Of a DNA stretch of 64,000 nt, positions 18,076 to 27,624 are shown one piece after another. The stretch covers positions 1 to 64,000 of the forward strand of contig JBBRCZ010000001.1 in the NCBI GenBank assembly GCA_038204425.1, read 5' to 3'. Both the position numbers and the translations under genes were made by a program. Position 1 is the first letter of the stretch. Every line of letters begins with the position of its first letter. The notes beneath the pieces are model-generated. The model saw only the letters and a program-made list of their open reading frames with translations, did no database searches and had not been told where the DNA came from. This DNA is from Spirochaetia bacterium. GTDB lineage: Bacteria; Spirochaetota; Spirochaetia; DSM-27196; Salinispiraceae.

Positions 18076-19878
18076 ATGGATAATTCTGAGCGATTAAAGG
18101 CGTTATCGGCAGGAGAATTGCCACGTCTACTAGACGAGTTTGAGGCCTTACTCAATAGTATGGAATACAGCTTTCGCATTTCAAACTTGGCACTTGGTGA
18201 TGGCTCGCCGGGGTTCTTGCGGTCTTTGCACAGTATCAAATCAATAGTCCAAACTGTGTATGGCAATGAGTCGGCACTAAAAGCACATGAACTAGAGAGC
18301 CTGTGGGCTCAAGCCGAAGACTGGCCTCGCTTTTATGCCCAAGCGGGCGGCTTGCGAGCAAGCATTGACGAGCTAACCCAAACAAGAGAACAAAGTACCT
18401 CCAGCCAGCAAGGTGCTGTAGCCGACAAGACGCTAGACGCTGTGGCTGACAAGATATTGATGCAATCGTTTTATTGTTCAATTCTCACGGTTCCTTCAAG
18501 TTCAGTTGAAAAAATTGCTCAGATGGTGCAGCGAGGACGAGGTCTTTTGCGTGTTCAGTTTTGGATTGCTGGAAACGAACCCTTTAAACTGATGCGTGCC
18601 CGGGTAGTTTTGAGTATTCTGCAGAAAAAATTGTGGATAGGTTCGATTAGAGCGCACTTTACTAACGATCATGGGCACGTGCAAAGTATTGAGGTTCAAC
18701 AGGCAACTGACGTCAACCAAGCAGTCGAGAGCACGCAAGCAGTTTTGATTGAGTGCCTAGCAATCGGAGATTGCAGTCGTGAAGAAGTGCTAGACAGTTT
18801 TAACGTGGACAATGTTTTTTTTCCAAGGACCGACAATATAGACTTTGCAGAAACATTTGATAGGCAAGGAAGTGACCAGACCAGGCAGACCTTGTGTCTT
18901 CTGATGAGAAAATATGCACCCAACAACGGTGTCAATCCAGAGCAGGCTTTCGTTTCTTTTTCGATGGAATGGCGGCCTCTGGCGATTGCTATCAACTCTC
19001 TTGGAAATGACTACAGCAGAGAATTTGTTGATAATGTTAGAGCTGTAATGGAGAACTTAGCACCACAACAAGCTAATCAACTAGAAGTCCACCTTGATTG
19101 GAGCGACTGTCAGCTTCCCAAGCTCTTGTGTGGTTTACTACTCGAGGTTTTCTTACACCTAGCCAGAAACGTTGTTTCGCATGCTTGTCAGTCACTAGAA
19201 CAAAGACGCTCCAAACGAAAGAACCCAGCGCTTCAACTTGGAATTTCGCTTGCGCTAGACGGAAGCGACCTTGTTTTAGTTGTCGAAGACGATGGGCCGG
19301 GCATCGAATCTGGCAGATTGCCCTTGGAAATGCTTTCCAAAAAACAGAAAAGTGATCTAAAGGGTGTGGACACACAAGATCTGCAAGCTGATTCTGGTGA
19401 GAAAGCCAACCTGCTTTCTGGTCGAAGTTTGGGGCTCTCAACAGCACTTCATTTAGTTCAAAATCGGCTTCACGGAACCGTACATTGTTCTTGGCAGAAG
19501 GACGTGGGGACACGCTTTGAAATACGGATTCCGCGCAACGCTAGTCAACTAGAAGTGAGATTTTTGAATACTCCCAATGGTTTGGTGGCTGTTCCTGAAG
19601 TACTGATTTTGGAAGAACTATCTCAGATTGACCAGTTTCGGTCTAATGGATCACAGTGGGTATATGCGTCTCGCCAAGTGCCGATTCTTTCTGGAGTACC
19701 AGAAAATCAAAGCTCACAAAAAAATGTCTACTTACTTCATCAAGATGGCCTTGTGCAGGCAGTTGTTTTTGCCGAGAGCAAGAACCACACTGAATCATGC
19801 CTTTTGCCTTTTGAAGGAACTTCTGTCTATTCGGAACAACTAGAACAATGGGTGCAACTACTGGAGTTGCCCAATTAG
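18076..19878 (+). CDS. Degenerate CheA-like protein (Hpt, P2-like, HATPase, partial CheW-like)
   Basis: FLRSLHSIKS (Hpt His), HLARNVVSHA (N box), VEDDGPGI (G1), SGRSLGL (G2), GTRFEIRIP. Confidence 0.8.
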   Translation: MDNSERLKALSAGELPRLLDEFEALLNSMEYSFRISNLALGDGSPGFLRSLHSIKSIVQTVYGNESALKAHELESLWAQAEDWPRFYAQAGGLRASIDELTQTREQSTSSQQGAVADKTLDAVADKILMQSFYCSILTVPSSSVEKIAQMVQRGRGLLRVQFWIAGNEPFKLMRARVVLSILQKKLWIGSIRAHFTNDHGHVQSIEVQQATDVNQAVESTQAVLIECLAIGDCSREEVLDSFNVDNVFFPRTDNIDFAETFDRQGSDQTRQTLCLLMRKYAPNNGVNPEQAFVSFSMEWRPLAIAINSLGNDYSREFVDNVRAVMENLAPQQANQLEVHLDWSDCQLPKLLCGLLLEVFLHLARNVVSHACQSLEQRRSKRKNPALQLGISLALDGSDLVLVVEDDGPGIESGRLPLEMLSKKQKSDLKGVDTQDLQADSGEKANLLSGRSLGLSTALHLVQNRLHGTVHCSWQKDVGTRFEIRIPRNASQLEVRFLNTPNGLVAVPEVLILEELSQIDQFRSNGSQWVYASRQVPILSGVPENQSSQKNVYLLHQDGLVQAVVFAESKNHTESCLLPFEGTSVYSEQLEQWVQLLELPN

Positions 19879-21494
19879 CTGCTTGTCTTTTTGCTCAAAT
19901 AGTAGTCAAAGTCCCCTTCAAAAATCCGCATTTTTCCGCTGTCGATCTCAAAAACTTTGCTGGCAAGCCGGCGTAAAAAGTATCGGTCGTGGCTAACAAT
20001 CATAACAGTGCCATCGAAGTCGACCAAAGAATCCAAGAGGACTTCTCGGCTTTGAATATCGAGGTGGTTGGTTGGTTCGTCGAGAACCAAGAAATTAACA
20101 GGTAGGGCCAGAATACAAGCAAGAATAACCCGGCTTTTTTCGCCACCCGACAGCACTGAAATCTTTTTTTCACTATCAGTGCCTGAGAACTGAAAAGCGC
20201 CCAGTATGCCTTTTATGGTGCCAATGCTGGCGTGCGGAAGGCGCTCGGCTATTTCTTCAAAGATAGTACTTTGCGGCCGCAGCACATCACTCGAATACTG
20301 GCTAAAGTAGCCAAGGTTAACACTGTTGCCAACCACGCTTTTGCCACTTGTTGCATCAGTTTGGCCGGTAATTACTTTGAGCAAAGTTGACTTGCCTGCG
20401 CCGTTGATCCCGGTTAAGGCAATGCGATCGTTTCGGTTGACTGTCCCAGTAAGACCCCTAAAGACCTGGTGCATGCTGCCGTCGGGATTGAGCCAGGCTT
20501 TAGATAAGTCTTCCATAACTAGCACTTGGTCCCCCGAACGTTTACAAGCGGCAAACTGGATTTTGAGCGCTTTAGGATAAGTTGGAAGTTCGATGCGTTC
20601 TATCTTTTCTATAGTTTTGACGCGAGACTGAACCTGAGCTGCGTGCGAGGCGCGAGCGCCAAACCGAGCAATAAACTGTTCTTCCTTGGCTAACATGGCT
20701 TGTTGGCGTTTGAAGGAGGCCACTTGTTGGTCTCTCCTAAGGACTCTTTCTGTTAAATAAAAATCGTAGTCACCGGTATAAGTGGTAATGGTGCCCGCGG
20801 CGACTTCAATCGTCTTTGAGCACAGGCGAGTCATAAATTCGCGGTCATGACTGGTCATAACCAGCTCGCCTTTATAGGACTTGAGCCATGCTTCTAACCA
20901 AACAATCGACTCCAGATCAAGGTGATTGGTGGGTTCGTCCATCAGAAGCACATCAGGCTGTAAAACCAAAATTTTGGCCAAAGCGATACGCATTTTCCAA
21001 CCACCGGAGAAGTTCTCTACCGGAAGTTTTTGGCGTTCAGTGGCAAAGCCCAAGCCGCTCAATATGGTTTCAGCTCTGTTTTCTAAATCGTATCCATCGA
21101 GATTCATGTACTCGGTCTGTATCTCGCCGTAATGTTCCATCTCCGTTTGGCTAAGGCTGTCGCCGCCGTGCCCTGCCATTCTGTCTTCTAAAGCAGCAAG
21201 TTTTTGACCAATCAGCCAAACTTTGCCGGCACCGGCGATTACTTCTTCTAAGACGCTTTTGCCTGACATTTCTCCCACATCTTGGCTAAAGTAGCCAATC
21301 ACGGTTCCTGGATCTACGGAAACTGTGCCCTCATCTGGTTTTTCTTGTCCACTTATTAGGCGAAACAAGCTCGTTTTTCCTGCTCCATTGGGGCCAACCA
21401 AGCCAATTTTATCGCCTGATTTTATGAGAAACTCACCTTGGTCAATTATGCAATGGTCCCCATAGCTCAAATGTATAGAAGAAAGATTGATCAC
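19875..21494 (-). CDS. ABC-F family ATP-binding protein
   Basis: Two Walker A motifs ([16 protein letters not shown]), [18 protein letters not shown] x2, no TM. Confidence 0.95.
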   Translation of the reverse strand: MINLSSIHLSYGDHCIIDQGEFLIKSGDKIGLVGPNGAGKTSLFRLISGQEKPDEGTVSVDPGTVIGYFSQDVGEMSGKSVLEEVIAGAGKVWLIGQKLAALEDRMAGHGGDSLSQTEMEHYGEIQTEYMNLDGYDLENRAETILSGLGFATERQKLPVENFSGGWKMRIALAKILVLQPDVLLMDEPTNHLDLESIVWLEAWLKSYKGELVMTSHDREFMTRLCSKTIEVAAGTITTYTGDYDFYLTERVLRRDQQVASFKRQQAMLAKEEQFIARFGARASHAAQVQSRVKTIEKIERIELPTYPKALKIQFAACKRSGDQVLVMEDLSKAWLNPDGSMHQVFRGLTGTVNRNDRIALTGINGAGKSTLLKVITGQTDATSGKSVVGNSVNLGYFSQYSSDVLRPQSTIFEEIAERLPHASIGTIKGILGAFQFSGTDSEKKISVLSGGEKSRVILACILALPVNFLVLDEPTNHLDIQSREVLLDSLVDFDGTVMIVSHDRYFLRRLASKVFEIDSGKMRIFEGDFDYYLSKKTSS

Positions 21495-21874
21495 ACTACG
21501 CTCCCGAGCTTGCGAATGTATAGCATTAGCACGACTCGGTCAATTATTTGCACAATGCCGGTCTGGGCAGAGGCGTGTACTTAGTACGCTTGGGCGGCAA
21601 AAAGATGGATAGGCCAGAAAGAAAAGCAGCAGACTTATGGGCCATGGATTAAGATTACCAAAATCGATGGAGGTGAAGACTGGATTTTATCATTCTAGCT
21701 ATAGTTTGACTAAGGACAGAACCAGAAATAGTAGCTACCATTAACACTCCGGTTTTGTCTCTAAGCAATACCCTATGCAGCAACCCTTATTGTTGAACAC
21801 GAGGTTTGCTGACTCAGTTCTATTCAAACAAAACATTCTTCTTTTATCAGGCTTTTGACACTATTCTTTTGTCT

Positions 21875-22056
21875 ATGGATTTACAACATCCACATCACCG
21901 CTTTTGCAGGCCAGTATTCCTAGCGACGACCTGTCAATATTGGATTTGGATTCCTTAGCGGTCGACATGGGTACGTGGATAGATGAAGAACATCGAGAGC
22001 ATGTTTCTGATATTGCCGCAACTGTCATGCTCAAGGGCAAGCCCGCCAATAAGTGA
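21875..22056 (+). pseudogene. Remnant of Rpn/YhgA-family (PD-(D/E)XK) nuclease/putative transposase
   Basis: MDLQHPHHRFCRPVF in one frame, then ILDLDSLAVDMGTWIDEEHREHVSDIAATVMLKG* in another; resembles the Rpn N-terminus PHDRFFK..LDLDTL....SFIDEELREH.SD. Confidence 0.65.
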
Positions 22057-22246
22057 AATGGAACAGCTTAAGCACAAACTATAGTTGGGATTCTATAGCT
22101 TGGGAAATGTGGTGCTAACCAACGAGAAACCAACTTTCAACTTACCAGTTGCAACGTCGAGGATCCAAAAAATACCATGGCGAGCGAATTTGTATTTGTA
22201 AGAAACAGCGGTTTTTGCTTAGTAACCGCATTGCAACCACTAACAA

Positions 22247-23926
22247 TCAGCGACTGTCTGGTTTTATGGTTACTTGGTAGCGACTGGGCTTGTAACGAGA
22301 AACGCAGGCTTGGATGTTGTTGCACTCAATGCTTTCAAAAATTTCCGCCTGGTACGAAAGTACAATTTTTGAGCTCTGGCCCTCGATAAGCGCCTTACTG
22401 TAAGCGAGGTTAAAACCAATTAAATCTTCTATAAAAAGAGGTGTCTTTTTGTCTTCTGGCGACACGTTGTGGAACGCTTTTTGACAAAAGGCTATCTGTA
22501 AACTGGCAACTTCATCCAAACTGAGTTTATCGATTGTTCTTAAACTCGCTTTCAAATAGTGAGAAAAATCATTAAAAAAATCTGCGGGCTTTGTTTTTAA
22601 AAGTTTGAGTATCGCCAAAAACCAGCTGACCGCTCGGCCCCGTGAGTAAAAAAGGCTACACGCAACGGCAATCTCCTGTGCTTGGCTTAGGTCGTTGGCC
22701 GAAAAACTTGCTTGTGATTGCACTAAGTAGGGCGCCTCAGCTTGGCAAATCAATCCCAAAGAAGCGGCTTCGTTATGCAGCTCGGTCCCTGGTAGGACAG
22801 CCAATTTAAATATGTCGAGGTGGTTTGGTCTAAGCCCAATTGCAAAGTCTAGTGTCTGTTTAAAGAACTCTAAACTATCACCAGGTAAACCAAACATAAG
22901 GTCAAAACCAAAAATTAAGCCATGGTGGTCCAAAATTTTAATTTTTTGCTTAAAGGTTTCCTTGTCAAAATTTCGGCGCACTGTTTTTAAAATTCTCGCG
23001 TTAGCACTTTGTAAGCCAATTTGCAGACTACAGTTTAAACTGCTAAAAAGTTCAGCTTGAACCTGAGTAATGTGTTCGGCTTTAATCTCAAAATCAAAGT
23101 GAATAGTTGTCTTGGATTTTTTCAATATGTTTAGGATCTGTACGCAATAGTCATTATTGGCGTTAAAACTTGGGTCAAGAACGAAAACATAGGGTATTTT
23201 GCATTCAATAAAGTGTTTTAGCTCAGCTTCAACCATCTGTGTCGAGGCCTTGCGCAACTTTTTTTCTCCGCGTGATTCAAAGCAATAACTGCATTTAAAA
23301 GGGCATCCCCGACCTAGTTCCCATAAGGCCCCACCGTAAAGCTTGCAGTCAAGCGTGCCATCGAGGTAAGGCGAGCTTTGCTTTGCCAAATCGACAGCTA
23401 AAGGGGATTTATTGGACTCTTTATTATTGTACGCTGCGTTATGGTACTCAATGTCACAGCGCAACAGTTCTGTAAAGAAAGCGACAATGTCTTCTTCAGA
23501 TTCTCCGCTTTGTAGGTAGTCAAAAAGATTGAGCTTGCGAAAACTTTCTGGATTTGCACTTAGTTCGGGACCGCCAGCAATAAAAATCAATTCAGGCATG
23601 GCCAATTTTAAAATACGAGCACTTTCAATCAATTGGACTTTGTTCCAGACGTAAAATGAAAACCCTACGACCACACCTTGTATGTCCAGATGTTTTTTTT
23701 GTTCAGAAATTGAATCGAGACAGCGATTAGCAAATTGTTGAGCGGTTTCATGCAATGCTTTTTCAATCAAAAAAGTCTTAACCTTGTCGGTAAGTGCAAG
23801 GGCAGACTTAATTGCCGAGACAATTCGTGCTGCCCCGTAGGGAATTGCCTTGGGCGATTCTTCGACTGGTACACAAAGTATAGGAAACAGTAGTTGCGCA
23901 TGTGGCGCCTTTTCCGGTAAAGCCAT
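22247..23926 (-). CDS. B12-binding-domain radical SAM protein
   Basis: GFSFYVWN, GGPE, RGCPFKCSYC CxxxCxxC, DLMFGLPG. Confidence 0.9.
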   Translation of the reverse strand: MALPEKAPHAQLLFPILCVPVEESPKAIPYGAARIVSAIKSALALTDKVKTFLIEKALHETAQQFANRCLDSISEQKKHLDIQGVVVGFSFYVWNKVQLIESARILKLAMPELIFIAGGPELSANPESFRKLNLFDYLQSGESEEDIVAFFTELLRCDIEYHNAAYNNKESNKSPLAVDLAKQSSPYLDGTLDCKLYGGALWELGRGCPFKCSYCFESRGEKKLRKASTQMVEAELKHFIECKIPYVFVLDPSFNANNDYCVQILNILKKSKTTIHFDFEIKAEHITQVQAELFSSLNCSLQIGLQSANARILKTVRRNFDKETFKQKIKILDHHGLIFGFDLMFGLPGDSLEFFKQTLDFAIGLRPNHLDIFKLAVLPGTELHNEAASLGLICQAEAPYLVQSQASFSANDLSQAQEIAVACSLFYSRGRAVSWFLAILKLLKTKPADFFNDFSHYLKASLRTIDKLSLDEVASLQIAFCQKAFHNVSPEDKKTPLFIEDLIGFNLAYSKALIEGQSSKIVLSYQAEIFESIECNNIQACVSRYKPSRYQVTIKPDSR

Positions 23927-24191
23927 AGGCTATTTTACGTATAAGAGTTCTGCTTGTATATTATTAAAGTGATTTACTTGACAGCTGAGCTGGGTCTATC
24001 TTCTACTACAAATTTTTTTCAGAGCATACTGTCAGAAAACATTATGCCAACCAGAACCACAGCACCTTTTCCGTTGAGATATTTATATATTTTTAGCATT
24101 TGACTTTTTAGTTTTTAATTAGCATATTTTATTCATAATTGATTCACTTTTACACATATAGTGATTTTTAGTTTTTTAAAAAGGAGTTTCA

Positions 24192-24338
24192 ATGTTGTGG
24201 ACGATTGCGATAATTCTGTTTGTTTTGTGGTTGACGGGAACCATAGGTGGATTTTTTCTTGGAGGATTTATCCATGTGTTGCTTGTAATTGCTGTCATAG
24301 TCGTGGTGGTCAGGATCATTCAAGGTCGAAGACTCTAG
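24192..24338 (+). CDS. 48-aa small membrane protein (lmo0937/DUF5670-like)
   Basis: AAGGAG SD, MLWTIAIILFVLWLTG..GGFIHVLLVIAVIVVVVRIIQGRRL; below the ORF-track cutoff. Confidence 0.88.
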   Translation: MLWTIAIILFVLWLTGTIGGFFLGGFIHVLLVIAVIVVVVRIIQGRRL

Positions 24339-24389
24339 TTGTTTAGTCGATGAGTTTCCAAAAAAAAATGGAAGCTAAGACTTTCCTGG

Positions 24390-24419
24390 AAACAGCTCAG
24401 ACACCCGTCTGAGCTGTTT
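24390..24419. terminator. Hairpin between convergent genes
   Basis: Perfect 13-bp stem AAACAGCTCAGAC-ACCC-GTCTGAGCTGTTT. Confidence 0.75.
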
Positions 24420-24423
24420 GTCT

Positions 24424-25248
24424 TTATGAGTTAAACAGAAATTTGGCGAATGGCTCAACAAAGTCGGTGCTTAGCAGCACTCCGACAATGCCCCAGCTTG
24501 TGCCAAGTATTGCACCGCCCAGAACATCTCGCGGGTAGTGCATCCCAACATAAATCCTGGTGATTCCTACCAAGGACGCCACTGTGTACAGAATAACCCA
24601 GAGATACCCTGCCAGATGATTATATTGCAAGAGCAAAGTTGCCAAAAAAAAAGCTTGGCTAGTATGACCGCTGGGGAACGAGCGTCCGCTTTCCGCAGAT
24701 CCAACGATCCGGATGTTTTCTAGTCTAATGTAAGGTCGCCTACGACGAACAAGAATCTTAATAATGTGCACAAACAAAGTTAGACTCAAAACACCAATTA
24801 TAAGCGCATAGGCAAGAAGGTGATTACCCGTGCTATCGATGACTGTTGCCAATATTAATGCAAAAGCAAAGTTGCCTATCTGGGTGAATCCCAGCATCAC
24901 CTTATCCAGCCAAACTGGCCTCTTGCCGTGCATGTTAAAAAATAGAAATACCAAAACATCAATGCGTTGCCCTAATTTCCAAACCAAGGACACGGTAACC
25001 AAGCAAAAGACAATGATTAGGCCAACCAAAAAAAGCTGGGCCTTTATTCCCGACCAAAATATTTGCCAAACATAATCCGGCAGAAAGATGATAAGCAGCA
25101 CCAAAAACGCAGACAGCCCCACAATCCAAACGCGATGGCCAAACCGACCAATCCAGCTGCTAAATTTTTCCCAAAGGCCGTAAAGTCTTGTCTGTGATAT
25201 TTTGGTCTCTCGGATAGGTTTGGTATCAGGGTTTGGCAAGAATCTCAC
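24424..25248 (-). CDS. PAP2-family phosphatase
   Basis: K..VRRRRP, SFPSGH, TRIYVGMHYPRDV. Confidence 0.92.
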   Translation of the reverse strand: MRFLPNPDTKPIRETKISQTRLYGLWEKFSSWIGRFGHRVWIVGLSAFLVLLIIFLPDYVWQIFWSGIKAQLFLVGLIIVFCLVTVSLVWKLGQRIDVLVFLFFNMHGKRPVWLDKVMLGFTQIGNFAFALILATVIDSTGNHLLAYALIIGVLSLTLFVHIIKILVRRRRPYIRLENIRIVGSAESGRSFPSGHTSQAFFLATLLLQYNHLAGYLWVILYTVASLVGITRIYVGMHYPRDVLGGAILGTSWGIVGVLLSTDFVEPFAKFLFNS

Positions 25249-26197
25249 CAGGTTTTCGCATCCGTTTTTGCGGTGCTTTTGCCAATATTACGTTTAGAGC
25301 TTTGGGCTGCACTTCGATACAAACAGTTCCGGTGCCAATGTCTATTCCATCCGCCATAATTGGCATTGCTGGATTAGTTTTAATAAGCACACGCCGTACT
25401 CTCAAGTGTTGAATGCGCGGATCCTCTTGTTTCCGCGCCCTAGGTCCGGCCAGAACATAACCAAGCAAATCAAGTTTGGAAAGATCTGCAAAGAAAATAA
25501 TATCCAAATAACCGTCATGATAAGAACCTCGCGACCCGGTCACAATATTCATACCAACATGAGCCAAATTGCAGACCAAGACAATATGTCCGATTTTTTT
25601 GATCTCTTTCTTATCGTCAAGCACTAAATGAATCTCGGAGGGTGGCGTCGAAGTCAAGGTGGCCAAATAGGCACCAAGGCGGCCGATTTGGCCATGTTGG
25701 ATATCGTCGCCTGACGAAAATAACGCAGAAAATAAGCCAATTGAACAAAGTTCAATAAACGGGGTACTGATGCCACCGCACGTGCTCAGGCCCATGTCAA
25801 TTTTCCTACGACGCCCCTTGCGCAAGAGTGCAACGGCGGCCGAAATATCTGTTGGAATGCCCAAACTCAAAGCGACGTTGTTACGGGTTCCTATAGGAAT
25901 AATGCCTAGAATCGCTTTGGTCCCCAGAATAGCGTTTGCCACCGACGATACTGTTCCGTCGCCTCCACATACAACCACCATCCGGATTCCTTGGGCAATA
26001 GCGCTGCGCACAACCTGTGATAGGTTGCAACCAGGCTCAATCAAGTAAGGCTCGGGAATAAAATTGAGGGCCTGTAAGTCTTTGATGACATCCATCAATT
26101 GCTCCGGAGATTTTTCATTTGCGCCTGAACCGGCATTAAACATCAGTTTTATGCGGAGCGAACGATAGACCGTTTTCTTTTTTGCGACAAGACTCAT
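25226..26197 (-). CDS. Diacylglycerol/lipid kinase (YegS/DAGK family)
   Basis: FNAGSG, GGDGT, IPIGTRNNVA, DGYLDI, ADG. Confidence 0.92.
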   Translation of the reverse strand: MSLVAKKKTVYRSLRIKLMFNAGSGANEKSPEQLMDVIKDLQALNFIPEPYLIEPGCNLSQVVRSAIAQGIRMVVVCGGDGTVSSVANAILGTKAILGIIPIGTRNNVALSLGIPTDISAAVALLRKGRRRKIDMGLSTCGGISTPFIELCSIGLFSALFSSGDDIQHGQIGRLGAYLATLTSTPPSEIHLVLDDKKEIKKIGHIVLVCNLAHVGMNIVTGSRGSYHDGYLDIIFFADLSKLDLLGYVLAGPRARKQEDPRIQHLRVRRVLIKTNPAMPIMADGIDIGTGTVCIEVQPKALNVILAKAPQKRMRKPGEILAKP

Positions 26198-26337
26198 ATA
26201 GATTAAAGATACTGCTCAATTTAGATCTTAGATAAGCGAATTATAGGCCCGACTTGTGAATCTGTCTTAAATACAGGCTTGGATCTTGCACATTCGATGT
26301 TACAATAGGCTATAACTGTCAATAAGAAGGACGACCA

Positions 26338-27519
26338 TTGAACACGCTCAAAAATAGATTGAGATCCTGGTGGCAGACACCGCGTAAAGCAGGAGATCGT
26401 ATTGAGCATCGACAGGTCTCCTTTCTTGAACTATTCTATGACCTCGTCTACGTGGCGTTGATCGCCCAACTCTCACACGCACTGTCCAACAATATTAGCT
26501 GGGAAGGTCTGGGCTCATTCGTCTTTCTGTTTCTTATTGTTTGGTGGGCATGGCTTAACGGTACCATCTATCATGATATTCATGGAAACAACGATATCCG
26601 TACTCGGGTTTTTACCTTCTTGCAGATGTTCACTGTGGTGGCTATGGCAATCTTTGCTCATGATGCCCTTGGAACTAGCTCCGTAGGATTTGCGTTATCG
26701 TGTGCGGCTTTTCAGTTGATTCTGTCTTGGCTCTGGTGGCGAACTGGTGTCCATGATGCGTCACATCGCCCCTTAACCCGTCCTTATGTTATGGCGTACC
26801 TTTTGTCTACGGGCCTTTTCGTTGGTTCGATATTTGTGCCGGCACCCATCCGTTTTATCATCTGGGGCGCCGCTTTGCTCTTTTCTCTTTTGGCGCCGCT
26901 ATTTATGCGTTTGCGCAGCAATTCTCCTGAAGTTCAGGCTCAGCTTAATCTAGCAATGTCTGTTTCTAACTCTCTTGTCGAACGTTTTGGACTGTTTACT
27001 ATTATAGTTTTGGGCGAAGTTATCATTGGAGTAGTGGCAGGCGTAACTGAACACCACTTTCTTAGCTGGCAGGTGGGCATTACCGCAGCCCTTGGCATGC
27101 TGATTGCAATTGGATTGTGGTGGGTATACTTTGACCTTATCTCCTACCATCATCCGACTCGCAAAATGAGTACCGTTTTTGTCTGGCTCTACTTGCATTT
27201 CGCTCTTACGATAGCTATCACTGCTGTTGGCGCTTCATTGTTGCATGTTATCGAAAACGCTGGCGATAGTTTACCTACCCAGGTGCGTTGCCTACTATTG
27301 GCTGCAACAGCCATTTCGCTCTTCAGCACTGGTTTTTTAACAAAAACAATTGAATCACTTCCGCAGCAAATACACATAGCTCAGATAAGTAGACGAGCGT
27401 TGTTTATATCGGCATTTCTTATTCTGCTGCTTGGTTTGTTTCAAATTGACACGATTGCACTTTTGATCTCGATAGCAATTCTTTTGCTCGTGCCAGTCAT
27501 CTTTGTTGTTCGACGATAA
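26338..27519 (+). CDS. ltrA: Low temperature requirement protein A family membrane protein
   Basis: SFLELFYDLVYV, WWAW, ERFGLFTIIVLGE. Confidence 0.9.
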   Translation: MNTLKNRLRSWWQTPRKAGDRIEHRQVSFLELFYDLVYVALIAQLSHALSNNISWEGLGSFVFLFLIVWWAWLNGTIYHDIHGNNDIRTRVFTFLQMFTVVAMAIFAHDALGTSSVGFALSCAAFQLILSWLWWRTGVHDASHRPLTRPYVMAYLLSTGLFVGSIFVPAPIRFIIWGAALLFSLLAPLFMRLRSNSPEVQAQLNLAMSVSNSLVERFGLFTIIVLGEVIIGVVAGVTEHHFLSWQVGITAALGMLIAIGLWWVYFDLISYHHPTRKMSTVFVWLYLHFALTIAITAVGASLLHVIENAGDSLPTQVRCLLLAATAISLFSTGFLTKTIESLPQQIHIAQISRRALFISAFLILLLGLFQIDTIALLISIAILLLVPVIFVVRR

Positions 27520-27624
27520 GATCTCCACCAAGCCATGCTCAAACATTCAAGAACTACTTGGCTTTCGATCCCTCAACCGAATCAACGTGACCAGCCTGTC
27601 ACTAATCATGTATAGTTACGTGCA

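Noticed and set aside
19875..19878. Convergent stop-codon overlaps without terminators (also 39642-39645 and 43090-43097)
   Set aside because: Common in compact genomes; no evidence for antisense regulation from sequence alone.
24161..24346. 61-aa track ORF
   Set aside because: Wrong frame; the supported gene is the 48-aa ORF at 24192-24338 with SD and family motif.
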